A DNA stretch of 64,000 bases from a bacterium (GCA_965219955.1 OZ244799.1:512001-576000); one strand, 5' to 3'; counted from the first letter of the stretch, positions 1 through 9,832 are shown. The notes: generated by a model from the sequence alone, not told the origin. Made by a program: numbers and translations.

Positions 1-2594
1 GCCGTATACGTGAACTCGTATCGCCCCGCCGCCTGCGGCGTCCCCGAAAGCCGCCGCGTCGCCGGGTCGAAGACGAGCCCCGCCAGGCCCGCCGGCTCCG
101 AGGTCAGGCCGTAAGTCAGCGCGCCGTCGCCGCCCGCCGCCGCCGGCAGCGCCACCGGCTCCATCGCCGCGCCCCGCGCCAGCACCAGCGCCGCCACCGA
201 CGCGCCGCCGAAGCTGGGCGCCGCGTCGGGCGTTCCGCCGCCACCGCCGCCCCCGCCACCGGGGGGCGGCGTTCGCGTCGTCGGTGGCGGGCCATAAGGC
301 ACATCTATAGACTCGAGCAATCCCGCGCCGTTGCCCGCGTAGTCCTGAATCCGGTAATCGTCGTCGATATGATAGGTCACCCTCACCCTGTCGTCCTCGG
401 CCACCGCCTTTGCCAGCGTCAGGATGACCGCCCGGTCGCGTACCCTGACGCTGGTCACGCCGACTATCTCAACATCCAGTCTGACGGGGGTGTTGGCATA
501 GTTGGCGTCGTTGGGGTCTCTGGTGTCGAAGGTGCGTCGCACGCGGAAGGAGCCCGTGAGCGGTGCGACGCTCGGGTCCAGCTCCTCATCGTAGGTCAGC
601 GTCAGCGCCGCCCCTTCCACCGTCGCGGCCACAAGCATCGGGCGCCTGGTGTCCCCGGCCAGCCGCCGATTGCGGATCGGGCGCGCGAGGTTGCCCGCGT
701 AGTCCTGGATGCCGGCGTTTCCCGGGCCAGAACCCGCCGGGACCTCGTAGGTCAGCCGCACGGCCTGGCCTTCGGCCACCGCCGATGCCAGGGTCAGGAC
801 GACCGCGCCGCCGCGTATCTCGACGTCGGTGACGGTCCGGCGCTGTCCCGCCACCCTCACCGAGAAGCGCTCCGGCCCCGGCGTGCGGCCCGGGTTCAGG
901 GTCTCGCTGTAGGTCAGCACAAGCACCGACCCCTGCGCCGTCGCGCTCCACAGCGCCGGGGGCGTCGTGTCGGGCTCCGCCGGCGTGTCGTTGGCCGCCC
1001 CGAAGCCGGAGAAGTCCTCCGCGTCGTTGCCGGCCTTGTCCTGGAGCGGATTGGCGCCCGGCGCCGTGTAGCTCACCGTGACCGCCTCGCCGTGGGCGAC
1101 CGCCTGGCCCAGGGTCACCGTCGCGGTCATGCCGGAGACGGTGGCCGCGCCCGCCCCGGCGATGTTCCGGGGCGCGCCGTCCGGGGGCGTCGCGCTCACG
1201 CGGAACGCGCTCCCCGCCGGCCTCGAGCCGGCGTCCAGCGCTTCGTTGAAGGTCACGGTCAGCGTATTCTCGTACACCGTCGCGTCGGTGGCGGCGGGCA
1301 GCGCGGCGTCGGGCGTGTCGTTGTCCGCCGACTGGCTGGTGAAGCCGAACGCGTCGTTGCCGGCCGCGTCCTGGAGCGGACCGGTGCCCGGCGCCGTGTA
1401 TCTCACCGTGAGCGCCTCACCGTGGACGACCGCATCGCCCAGGGTCACCGTCGCGGTCTTGCCGGAGACGGTGGCCGTGCCCGTGCCATTGATGGTCCGG
1501 TCCGTGCCGCCCGGGCGCGTCGCGCTCACGCGGAACGCGCTCCCCGCCGGGCGCGAGCCGGTGTCCAGGGCCAGGTCGAAGGTCACCGTGAGCGTCGTTC
1601 CGTTCACCGACGCGCTGGAGAACATGGGCGCCGGCGTCTCGTTGTCCGCCTCCTTGCCGGAGAAGTCCGCCGTCTTGTTGCCGACCGCGTCCTTAAGCGG
1701 ATTGGTCGCCGGCTCCATGTATCTCACCCTGAGCCTCTCGCCGTGGACGACCCTGCCGTCCAGGGTCACCGTCGCGGTCTTGTCGGAGATGGAGACCGTG
1801 TCCTTGCCGTTGATGGTCCGGGGCGCGCTGCCCTGGCGACTCGCAATCACGCGGAACGCGCTCCCCGCCGGCCTCGATCCGGCGTCCAGGGGCTCGTCGA
1901 ACGTCACCTTCAGCGTCGTCGCGTTCACCGACGCGCTGGAGAACACGGGCCCCCACCTGTCCGGGTTCTTTCGTGCGTGGACGGCGATCTTCAGGGCATG
2001 GTCGGTGATGGACCCGACCCACGAACCGGTGCTTTGGTATCCCCGGAAGTGGACCAGGTCCGCAATACTCCAGTCTGGCTCCCCGGTCTCCGAATCCGAA
2101 GCCGTGAGCTGGACCTCGGCGTCACCCGGGCTGGAGACATTGAGCGCCACCCAGTATGTCGTATTGGGTCTCATGAAGACGCTACTGTTTTCGGAGAGCG
2201 TGAAACTGTTGACCCCCTGTACCAGCGACGCCGGGTTCTTCAGCGTGCTCGAGAGGGCGGAGGTGTACGGCGTGCCGTCGTTGTCCCGGTAGATGGTCAC
2301 TTTGTAGTCCGGCTGCGTTGTGATAGTAGAGAACTCGATGTCCACGCTGGTGAGCCAGTAGCCGTAGCGGTGGCTGTCCGTGGTGAACGCCTGGGCGAAA
2401 TCGTTGCCGAGGCTTGTGGAAACATCGGACGACTGCCCGGTGTTGTCCACCACTTTGATCGGAGTCTGCGTCGGGGTCTGCGCCCCGGCGGCGCCGGCGG
2501 CGAACAGCAGGGCGAGGGCGAGCAGGCAGGCCGCCGCGCGCCGCGCGCGGAAGCGGTTCGGTTCGATAGGATTCAGGCATTCTTTCGCTTTCAT
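1..2594 (-). CDS. Large secreted/surface repeat protein (signal peptide, N-terminal beta domain, five ~100-aa SwmB-like repeats, Pro/Gly linker, start of a putative Ig/He_PIG-like domain); 3' end lies outside the window
   Basis: Not in the ORF track because it has no stop in the window. My translation from ATG 2594 (GAGGGG RBS) gives MKAKECLNPIEPNRFRARRAAACLLALALLFAAGAAGAQ..., then repeated units like 'FSSASVNGTTLTVTFD..LD.GSRPAGSAFRV...TATVTL...V.HGE.LTVRYTAP...PLQDAAGN', ending '...GLVFDPATRRLSGTPQAAGRYEFTYT' at the edge. The frame stays open for 864 codons. Confidence 0.85.
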   Translation of the reverse strand, partial: MKAKECLNPIEPNRFRARRAAACLLALALLFAAGAAGAQTPTQTPIKVVDNTGQSSDVSTSLGNDFAQAFTTDSHRYGYWLTSVDIEFSTITTQPDYKVTIYRDNDGTPYTSALSSTLKNPASLVQGVNSFTLSENSSVFMRPNTTYWVALNVSSPGDAEVQLTASDSETGEPDWSIADLVHFRGYQSTGSWVGSITDHALKIAVHARKNPDRWGPVFSSASVNATTLKVTFDEPLDAGSRPAGSAFRVIASRQGSAPRTINGKDTVSISDKTATVTLDGRVVHGERLRVRYMEPATNPLKDAVGNKTADFSGKEADNETPAPMFSSASVNGTTLTVTFDLALDTGSRPAGSAFRVSATRPGGTDRTINGTGTATVSGKTATVTLGDAVVHGEALTVRYTAPGTGPLQDAAGNDAFGFTSQSADNDTPDAALPAATDATVYENTLTVTFNEALDAGSRPAGSAFRVSATPPDGAPRNIAGAGAATVSGMTATVTLGQAVAHGEAVTVSYTAPGANPLQDKAGNDAEDFSGFGAANDTPAEPDTTPPALWSATAQGSVLVLTYSETLNPGRTPGPERFSVRVAGQRRTVTDVEIRGGAVVLTLASAVAEGQAVRLTYEVPAGSGPGNAGIQDYAGNLARPIRNRRLAGDTRRPMLVAATVEGAALTLTYDEELDPSVAPLTGSFRVRRTFDTRDPNDANYANTPVRLDVEIVGVTSVRVRDRAVILTLAKAVAEDDRVRVTYHIDDDYRIQDYAGNGAGLLESIDVPYGPPPTTRTPPPGGGGGGGGGTPDAAPSFGGASVAALVLARGAAMEPVALPAAAGGDGALTYGLTSEPAGLAGLVFDPATRRLSGTPQAAGRYEFTYT

Positions 2595-3187
2595 GTCGTA
2601 CCCCTCCTCGCGCGAACCCCGCGCCGGCGCGGCCGGAACGCGGGGTTCGCGAAGCATGTATTGTGGGATGAATTATTGTGGGATGAATGGAAAAATTCGA
2701 GGCGAAACGGGGAGGAAACAGGCTCAGCCTTAGGGCGGGGACTCGGGATCGGGCGGGAGCGGCGCTCCCGGCGGCGGCCGGCGCGGTCCACGGCGTCAGC
2801 CGCGCGGACGCGGCGCCCGGTTCGAATCAGGTTCAGGCGTGCCCTTGCTTTCAAGTCGTACTTGCCCCCGTATGAAGAACTGCGCACCGGCGCCGTCGCC
2901 GGGCGGTGTTACGGGGTCATGGCCGGATGTATTGGAAGGCCGTATGTAGGATTACGCCTCGTGGGAAGTATATTCTCGCATTCAGGATATACTATGGGAG
3001 GAGTATGCCTCATTGATCCTGAAATGTATATACCCTGTCGGGGAGATTTTTGTTTTTGCGCGTTTTTTCGGCGCCGGGGCGTCCGGACCGGCCCAGGGGG
3101 GCGTATCGAGAGCTTGTCTTAAGCCTGTCGAAGGGGACGCGGGAAAACAGCTTTCCCGCCCCCGCCCGCAGTGAAACCTCCCTCCCC

Positions 3188-3792
3188 GGGGTTGTTGAAA
3201 AAGTCCTGACGAAAGAGAGGTTTGTTTCGTAATGGGCCGTTCTCGTGAACGGCCCACGTTCGCGAACGACCCTTGCCGGAGAAACGGGCGCTTTATGAAG
3301 CGCCCCTATGACACCCTTCCGGAGAGAGCGCAACTCCCGTCATTCCGGCGAAAGCCGGAATCCATTTTTACTTTTCACCGGGCAGGGCGGCCACGACCTT
3401 GTTGTCGGACGGCGTCCAGATGCGGAATTCAGAAAATTCGCCTTTCGTTTTTGTTGTGTTCGATTCCGATCCATCCCACCCGGGAGTAAAGACGGCCGAG
3501 CGAGGAGGCGAAAAGGCCAAGGCGAAAATGGATTCCGTCGAATCCTCCCGCCTTGGTCGGCTCCGACACCGGAATGACGAGCAAAACCGCATTCACCCGC
3601 AGTGACAACCCCCCCAAGGGGGCCTGTTGAAAAAGTCCCCCGCCGAGGGAAAATTTGTTTGTGTGTAGGGGTCGCATACATGCGACCCGGTCTTTTTGCC
3701 TTCCAACGACGGGCCGCATATATGCGGCCCCTACACTCCCTTTAGCAAGCCGGAATCTCGTTGCCGTCATTGCAGGGGTTTTTCAACAAGCC
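3188..3792. repeat. Intergenic TIR-bounded cassette with nested REP-like palindromes
   Basis: GGGGTTGTTGAAAAA at 3188, a second GGCCTGTTGAAAAA at ~3620, and TTTTTCAACAAGCC ending 3792. Inside are GTCATTCCGGCGAAAGCCGGAATCC (~3339) and a GTAGGGGTCGCATACATGCGACCC...GGGCCGCATATATGCGGCCCCTAC pair (3665-3734). Confidence 0.75.
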
Positions 3793-3839
3793 TCAAGGGA
3801 GGAGAAATGAAAAAGCAGGGGCGGCTTGCGTCTGCCCTG

Positions 3840-4730
3840 CTACCCCTCCCGCGCCTCGAACACCTTGTAGACCGCCGCGCTGTCGAGGGCGCCGAAGCCG
3901 AGTTCCTGTCCCTCGGTGTAAAAGGGCAGGCAGAGATCGCCGAGCGGCATGTTCGCGCTCACGCTTTCGCCCAGGGCGAGGCCGAGCTTGATGTCCTTGG
4001 TCAGCACGTCGAGCGTGCTCACGGGATTCGAAAAATCTCCGCTCACCATCCGGGGGCCCCGGTTTCTGAGCTGCCTGCTGTCGGCGGCGCTTCTCATGAA
4101 GGCGTCGAGCAGGAGTTCCCCTTTCACGCCCGCTCTCAGACCCATCCTGAGCGTCTCGGCGATGGCGCACCGCTGCAGACAGGTGAGGTAGTTGATGAGC
4201 ACCTTCATCGTCGCCCCGTCGCCCGCCGCACCGCAGTGAATCTGATCGGAGAGCAGGCGGCCTAACATGTCCTCCACGAGCGCGTGCGTCCGCTCCGCAC
4301 CGCCCACGAGGAAGAGGCCCACGCGGTTTTTCACGTTCTCGCTGTTGCCGCTCACGCACGCCTCCATGAAGTCGAAGCCCCGCTCCGCGCACAGGCGCGC
4401 CATCTCGCGCGTGTCGTCCGGGTCCGCGGTGGTGGTGTCGACCACGGCCTTCGGCTTCTTCTCCGGATCAACTGTGAGATAGCCGTCCTCGCCCCGGGCG
4501 CATTCGAGCGATATCCTGGAATTCGGCACCGAGATGAAGACGAAATCGGCCGCCTCGGCCACCTCCTTCGGCGAGGCGAGCACCTCCCCGCCGAGCGCCT
4601 TGAATTCCTCCTGCGCCGCCGGAACCGGGTCCGCTCCCACGAGGCGGTAGCCGTCCTCGATTAAATTCCTGGAAAACGCCCGGCCCATGAGGCCCAGGCC
4701 GATGAAGCCGATGGTTTCTTCTCTTTTCAT
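3840..4730 (-). CDS. NAD(P)-dependent oxidoreductase, 3-hydroxyisobutyrate/beta-hydroxyacid dehydrogenase family
   Basis: N-terminal IGFIGLGLMG Rossmann motif, EACVSG, G.GATMKVLIN, and C-terminal KDIKLGL. Confidence 0.88.
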   Translation of the reverse strand: MKREETIGFIGLGLMGRAFSRNLIEDGYRLVGADPVPAAQEEFKALGGEVLASPKEVAEAADFVFISVPNSRISLECARGEDGYLTVDPEKKPKAVVDTTTADPDDTREMARLCAERGFDFMEACVSGNSENVKNRVGLFLVGGAERTHALVEDMLGRLLSDQIHCGAAGDGATMKVLINYLTCLQRCAIAETLRMGLRAGVKGELLLDAFMRSAADSRQLRNRGPRMVSGDFSNPVSTLDVLTKDIKLGLALGESVSANMPLGDLCLPFYTEGQELGFGALDSAAVYKVFEAREG

Positions 4731-4812
4731 GTTCGCTTCTCTCTCCTGGCGTAGATGTCTTGTTTATCTTGGAAAAATGTGATTCGGATTCCGATCCTGG
4801 AGCGCCCGAGAC

Positions 4813-5859
4813 TCAGCCTTCTTTCGGGATGAGCACCACCTTGATGGCCCCGTCCTTTCGCTCGCGCATCATCTCGATGCCCCGGTGCACCATGGATAGG
4901 GGAATCCGGTGCGTGATCATGGGTTTCACGTTCAGCTCTCCCCGGGCGGCGAGGTCGATGCAGACCTCGAAGGTGTCGGGGTGCCCGCGCGAGCCGATGA
5001 TCTCTTTTTCGAGGTGCTGGAGGTGTTCGAGCGCGATGGGCGCATCCACCGAGAACGCGCCCACGACGACGATGCGCCCGCCCTTTCGCGCCATCTCGAA
5101 GGCCTGGGCCATCGTCTTGTTCTGCGCCCCGCCCACGACTTCGAGCACGGCGTCCGCCCCGTGCCCGCCGGTCAGGTCCTTTACGGCGGAAACCGAATCG
5201 TGCTCGCGTACGTCTATCGTCTCATCCGCTCCCATCTCCCGCGCGACTTCGAGCCTGTCCGCCACCGCGTCGATCGCGACCACGCGGCATCCCGCGTATT
5301 TCGCGCAAGCCAGCGCGCACAGCCCCACCGGCCCCATCCCGAGGATGGCGACGGTCTCGCCGGCTTCCATCCGCGCGCGGTTCATCACCACGTGATAGCC
5401 CGTGCCCAGCGTCTGCATGACCGAAGCGGTGGCGTCGTCCAGCGCGTCCGGCAGGGGCAGGACGGACTTCGCGGGCGCTACGACGTGCCGGCTGTAGCCG
5501 CCGTCTGCGTTCATGCCGATGGAGCGCGAGTCGTTGCACAGGTTCACCCGGCCCATCCGGCAGAAATAACACTCTCCGCAGTGCACGTGGTTCTCGATGC
5601 AGGCGCGCGCGCCGACTTCCACGCCTTCGGCGCCCGGGCCCAGCGCGCTCACCACGCCCATGAGTTCGTGGCCCGGCACGACGGGGTATTTCGCGCGCCG
5701 AACGTGGCCGTCTATCAGGTGGAAATCGCTGCCGCATATCGCGCAGGCGCCGACTTCGACGAGCACTTCGCCGGGGCCGGGTTCGGGCGCGGGCCGCTCC
5801 ACGAGTTCGAGTTTCCCCGGTTCATGCAAAAGAGCGGCGAGTGAATTTCGGTCGTTCAC
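4813..5859 (-). CDS. Zinc-dependent medium-chain alcohol/sugar dehydrogenase
   Basis: CGSD, GHE, structural Zn site CGECYFCRMGRVNLC, and NAD motif GMGPVG. Confidence 0.92.
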   Translation of the reverse strand: MNDRNSLAALLHEPGKLELVERPAPEPGPGEVLVEVGACAICGSDFHLIDGHVRRAKYPVVPGHELMGVVSALGPGAEGVEVGARACIENHVHCGECYFCRMGRVNLCNDSRSIGMNADGGYSRHVVAPAKSVLPLPDALDDATASVMQTLGTGYHVVMNRARMEAGETVAILGMGPVGLCALACAKYAGCRVVAIDAVADRLEVAREMGADETIDVREHDSVSAVKDLTGGHGADAVLEVVGGAQNKTMAQAFEMARKGGRIVVVGAFSVDAPIALEHLQHLEKEIIGSRGHPDTFEVCIDLAARGELNVKPMITHRIPLSMVHRGIEMMRERKDGAIKVVLIPKEG

Positions 5860-5956
5860 GAGAAATCCTCCGGTGGCATCAATGGGTTTTCGGCGATTCG
5901 GCGACGCACTATAAGGTTTTATCCCGCGCTTCGCCAGAGGAGGGGGTCTCCCGTAT

Positions 5957-6230
5957 GGGTTTGCTGAAAAAAGCCCCGGGAGAGAGGAATCACTCCCCCC
6001 TTGAGGGGGTCGGGCTTCCCGAGGGGAAAGCCCGACAGAAGCCGAGCGTTTTTTGCGAAGGCTGATGCGGTGGGGGGTAAAATGCGTTTTATCGCCATTC
6101 CGGATATACCCCCCACCGAATCGCTTTCGGGCTTACGCCCTCAGCTCTTCGACTCCCCCTCAAGGGGGGAGTGAACTTCAAAAGCGTGCGCTCAACCAAA
6201 ATCGCTCCGCTGGATTTTTTCAACAGCCCC
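5957..6230. repeat. TIR-bounded intergenic cassette with CACTCCCCCCTTGAGGGGG-type palindromes
   Basis: GGGTTTGCTGAAAAAA at the left end and TTTTTTCAACAGCCCC at the right end. Inside are TCACTCCCCCCTTGAGGGGG and CTCCCCCTCAAGGGGGGAGTGA. Confidence 0.72.
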
Positions 6231-6367
6231 GACAAGGGGGGAGTAATTTGTTCTCTTGCCGGTCTGCAAGACTAGCCTTTCGCCGGATTCACTCGGAGGA
6301 GCCCTGCGCGCCTTGCGGAGGGCGGGTCGGGATTGTAGGATTCGCGCGTCTTCAAGGAGAAAGCAAA

Positions 6368-7459
6368 ATGGTGATTCAAAAGAAAGAAGTCGGCGTCGGC
6401 CTGATCGGCGCGGGCAAGATCGGCTCGCTCCGCGCGCATCTGGCGGCCACCTCGCCGGTGGTGAACTTTTTCGCCATATCGGACATCGACCCCCAGCGCG
6501 CAGAGGCCGTGGCCCAGCAGAACGAGGCGGCCTTCCATACCTCCGATAACCGTGAGGTCATCGAACACCCCCAGGTGGATGCGCTCATCGTCTCGACGCC
6601 CGAGGGCGAGCACACAGAAGCCATCTGCATGGCGCTGGAGGCCGGAAAGCCCGTCCTGGTCGAAAAGCCCATCGCGCTCACGCTGCCGGACGCGGACAGG
6701 ATCATGGAGTCGAAGGACAAGGGGGGCGCGGAACTCTACATCGGCTACACGCAGCGGATCAGGCGGAAATTCCTGGCGATCAAGGAGCACATCGACGCCG
6801 GCCGCCTGGGCGAGGTGATGACCGCGCGCATGACGATCTACAACACGCGGCCCACGGCGCGGCAGGTCTACCTGCGCGCCCCGCACGCGAACCCCTTCAC
6901 GGACGAGATCACCTACATGGCGGACATGGCGCTCTGGTTCTTCCAGCCCAGAAAGCCGGTGCGCGTCTACGCGCAGGCGGGCAGTGAGGTGTTTCACGAT
7001 CATCCCGACGGGATGGGCGATTACGGCTGGGCGGTCGTCACTTTCGACGACGGGGCGGCGGCGTGCCTGGGCGGCAACTGGGCGCTGCCCGAGTACTGGC
7101 CCGCCACGGTGGCGACCATCAGCATGGACATCTTCGGGAGCGAGGGCGCCATCCGCATCGACGACGGCCACAAGGACGTGATGATGGTGGGCAACGAGCG
7201 CGTCCCCTCGCCCTATGCGCCCGATTCCTCGGTGGAGGTCGCCTTCCTGGGCTCCGCCATGCCCGGCGATTGGGCCGTGGGCGATTTCGTGGGGCCGATG
7301 CGAGACGAGACGAGGCTCTTCCTGGAGCGTGTCACCACCGGCAAGGAGGTGCCGCTTTGCGACGCGGAGACGGGCCGCGCCGTGCTCGAACTCACCCTCG
7401 CCATGGAAGAGAGCGCCCGCCGGGGCGGCGAGGTGATCGAACTGCCTTTTCAGGGATGA
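6368..7459 (+). CDS. Gfo/Idh/MocA family oxidoreductase (paralog 1)
   Basis: AAGGAG RBS then ATG 6368. Contains GLIGAGKIG and GKPVLVEKP. The ORF-track extension back to 6053 runs through repeat DNA. Confidence 0.9.
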   Translation: MVIQKKEVGVGLIGAGKIGSLRAHLAATSPVVNFFAISDIDPQRAEAVAQQNEAAFHTSDNREVIEHPQVDALIVSTPEGEHTEAICMALEAGKPVLVEKPIALTLPDADRIMESKDKGGAELYIGYTQRIRRKFLAIKEHIDAGRLGEVMTARMTIYNTRPTARQVYLRAPHANPFTDEITYMADMALWFFQPRKPVRVYAQAGSEVFHDHPDGMGDYGWAVVTFDDGAAACLGGNWALPEYWPATVATISMDIFGSEGAIRIDDGHKDVMMVGNERVPSPYAPDSSVEVAFLGSAMPGDWAVGDFVGPMRDETRLFLERVTTGKEVPLCDAETGRAVLELTLAMEESARRGGEVIELPFQG

Positions 7460-7568
7460 GAAACTGAAACGAACGTGGGACTGACCCACCGCTCGGGCGA
7501 TGCTGCGGCCGGGTGCGCGGCGATAATGTAACTATCTGTTTTTATTGGAATTTTCTGTTGTTTCCCGA

Positions 7569-8627
7569 TCACCCGGCGGCATCGCCCCTCTGATTCCAAT
7601 CCACACTGTCCGGATAGAATTGCTCGCAATAGCGCCGGAAGGTTCCAATCTCTCCGTCGGAGCCGCACAGGCGGGGGCGGGGGATATACTGTTTACGGTC
7701 CCATATGACGACGTCCGATAACACGTCGCGCTTCTGGGCCGCCATGATGATTTTGTTCATGAGCCGGGTGCGGAGACCTGACGGCAGGAAGCGCATGCCG
7801 ATGATCGCCCGCTTCGGCTCCCGCAACCGCTTCACCTGGCTGACCAGCACCATTTCGAGCAGGTCGCCGTCGACCGGCGTTGCGAGCACCCACAGGCGCG
7901 TTTCCATGCCGAGGCCGTGTTCTTCGACCTCGACGTAGGAATAGCCCAGCCCGTGCACGTGGGTGACGGCGGAAACGTCGTATGTGTAGACCTTTACGCC
8001 GGCTACTTTCTGGCTTCGCGTGAAGTCGAAGCAGCTCTTGAGGTAGGAGCCTTCCACCTCGATGGTGCCGACCCGGTTCACGCTGCCGAAGCCGTGCACG
8101 TAGCGCAGGTGTCCGTCGTCGACGGAGTTCTCGGTCGTCTCCTGGGGATGCCCCGTGAACCTGACGCTCCAGGTCTCCAGCTCGCTCCAGTCGTCCCCGG
8201 CAGGTTCTTCCGGGAGGCGCCATTGCGGCGGCCGTCCGCCGACCCCCCGCCAGGCGAAGACGAGACCCAGGATTTCGCGCGTCTCGAACACGTTCAGCCT
8301 GGCGGTTCTGGGCGCGGGCGCGTAGGGCGTCTTGACGCATTGCCCTGTGGCGTCGTACTCGAACCCGTGGAAGGGACAGACGAGGCAGCCGTCCCGCACT
8401 ACGCCGCCGACGTCGGGGCCGAGTTCCGAACCCAGATGCGGGCAGAGGTCCTCCGCCACGCAGATGCGCCCCGCATCGTCGCACCAGACGACGATTTGCT
8501 CGCCCATCCAGGTTTTCTGGATCAGTTTTTTCTTCTCTATCGTCTTTCGGGTGGCGATGAAGTACCAGCCTTCGGGGAATGGGTAAAGCGAGGCTGTTTC
8601 TTTGCGCTCGATTCGCTCGGCTTTCAT
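7569..8627 (-). CDS. Rieske [2Fe-2S] oxygenase/desaturase, Neverland/DAF-36 (cholesterol 7-desaturase) or KshA-like
   Basis: PFPEGWY; Rieske motifs CPHLG and CPFHG; mononuclear Fe motif HPQETTENSVDDGHLRYVH; C-terminal DVVIWDRK...DGEIGTFRRYCEQFY typical of the KshA/Neverland C-terminal domain. Confidence 0.85.
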   Translation of the reverse strand: MKAERIERKETASLYPFPEGWYFIATRKTIEKKKLIQKTWMGEQIVVWCDDAGRICVAEDLCPHLGSELGPDVGGVVRDGCLVCPFHGFEYDATGQCVKTPYAPAPRTARLNVFETREILGLVFAWRGVGGRPPQWRLPEEPAGDDWSELETWSVRFTGHPQETTENSVDDGHLRYVHGFGSVNRVGTIEVEGSYLKSCFDFTRSQKVAGVKVYTYDVSAVTHVHGLGYSYVEVEEHGLGMETRLWVLATPVDGDLLEMVLVSQVKRLREPKRAIIGMRFLPSGLRTRLMNKIIMAAQKRDVLSDVVIWDRKQYIPRPRLCGSDGEIGTFRRYCEQFYPDSVDWNQRGDAAG

Positions 8628-8712
8628 CGGTATCCGCCATCCCCTGGTTCAAAGGCCGCCGCTTCGCCCCCGTGCAGGGCGTCGCGCGAGGTCATCGGGT
8701 GAGACCTGACGC

Positions 8713-9645
8713 CTAGAATCGATAGCGTATCCCCAACTCGAAAAGATGAATCCGCAAATCTGTCGTCGCCCTGACCGACGCACTCCTGTCGGCACTCGTG
8801 GCGGTGAACTCGAACTCGCTGGTTTGCTGGTAGCGGTAGCCCAGCTGAAAAGTAATGGCGTCCGAATACTGGTAGCCTATTCCCATGCCGAACTGATAGA
8901 CCACCCCCGAGTCGGCGCCTCTGACGTCGGGTATGGACCCCGGCGGCACGGCGGCCTGGGCCCCCAGAATAGCCTGCTGCCGGGCTTGTTCTATGGCTTG
9001 TGGAGGCGTGCCCGGAGGCAGGTTTCCCAACACGGTCGCCACCGCCACCGCCTCGGCAATCGCCAGTGCGGGCCCCCGGGGGTCATACTCCAGGTCGCCC
9101 TGATCGACCCGAATGAAGCCGAGGCCGCCGCCGATATAGGGTTTCCAGCGGGAAGCGGTGCTGATGTCGTACCAGAGGTTCACCGTGGTGCCGAACTGGC
9201 TGGCCGGGCCGGAGACCGGGATGTCCCTCGGCGGAACATCGAGGCCTGGCAACAAGGGACTGGAGATTCCGGTGTACGTCAGTTTGTCGACCTCGGACTT
9301 TCCGTAGAACACCTCGCCCTCGACGCGCAGACCCGAGTCGAATCTCCGGCCCAGGGCGCCGCTGATCCGGAACCCCGTTGCGTACGAGTTGGTGGCCGTC
9401 GAAGTGTAGGGGACTGGTATTGGTGATGGCGCGATAGCGGCTTCGCCGGCGGAGACGCTCACCGAGTCGTCGATGAACATGACCGGCACGTTGAAGCTCA
9501 TGTACCATTTCGAACCCTGAGTTTCCGCGCCTGAATCCGCGGCGCGCGCATCGGGCGTGAACGCCGGGAGGAGGAACACGGCAAGAATTACCGCCGTAAA
9601 GATCATCCGGTTACGAGTGTTTTCCCGGTGTGAAATCAGTCTCAT
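8713..9645 (-). CDS. Small outer-membrane beta-barrel protein (Opa/Msp2/OmpA-TM-like) with long insert loops
   Basis: Signal peptide; GLRVEGE, NLWYDI, KPYIGGGLG, YQFGMGIGY; C-terminal ELGIRYRF beta-signal. Confidence 0.82.
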   Translation of the reverse strand: MRLISHRENTRNRMIFTAVILAVFLLPAFTPDARAADSGAETQGSKWYMSFNVPVMFIDDSVSVSAGEAAIAPSPIPVPYTSTATNSYATGFRISGALGRRFDSGLRVEGEVFYGKSEVDKLTYTGISSPLLPGLDVPPRDIPVSGPASQFGTTVNLWYDISTASRWKPYIGGGLGFIRVDQGDLEYDPRGPALAIAEAVAVATVLGNLPPGTPPQAIEQARQQAILGAQAAVPPGSIPDVRGADSGVVYQFGMGIGYQYSDAITFQLGYRYQQTSEFEFTATSADRSASVRATTDLRIHLFELGIRYRF

Positions 9646-9832
9646 GGCCTCTCCTCGTTTTCAGGTCGACTCGAACATATCTGCATAATCGCTCAACGGT
9701 CGATATCATCCGGTTTCTTCCCCAGAGCGGAACAAGAGCGATAAAGCCTTACGGAATCTGTATTATGGATATACTCAAAGACGCTCTCACCTTTGTCAAG
9801 TTTTTTCCAGGCGGTAAGGACGGCGGCAGGTC

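Noticed and set aside
369-3122. 917-aa plus-strand ORF (and 1078..2292 +)
   Set aside because: Arg/Gly-rich antisense shadows of the real minus-strand surface-protein gene; such shadows are typical of high-GC DNA.
6053-6367. N-terminal extension of the Gfo/Idh/MocA protein
   Set aside because: It runs through the repeat cassette. The RBS and alignment with the paralog support ATG 6368.
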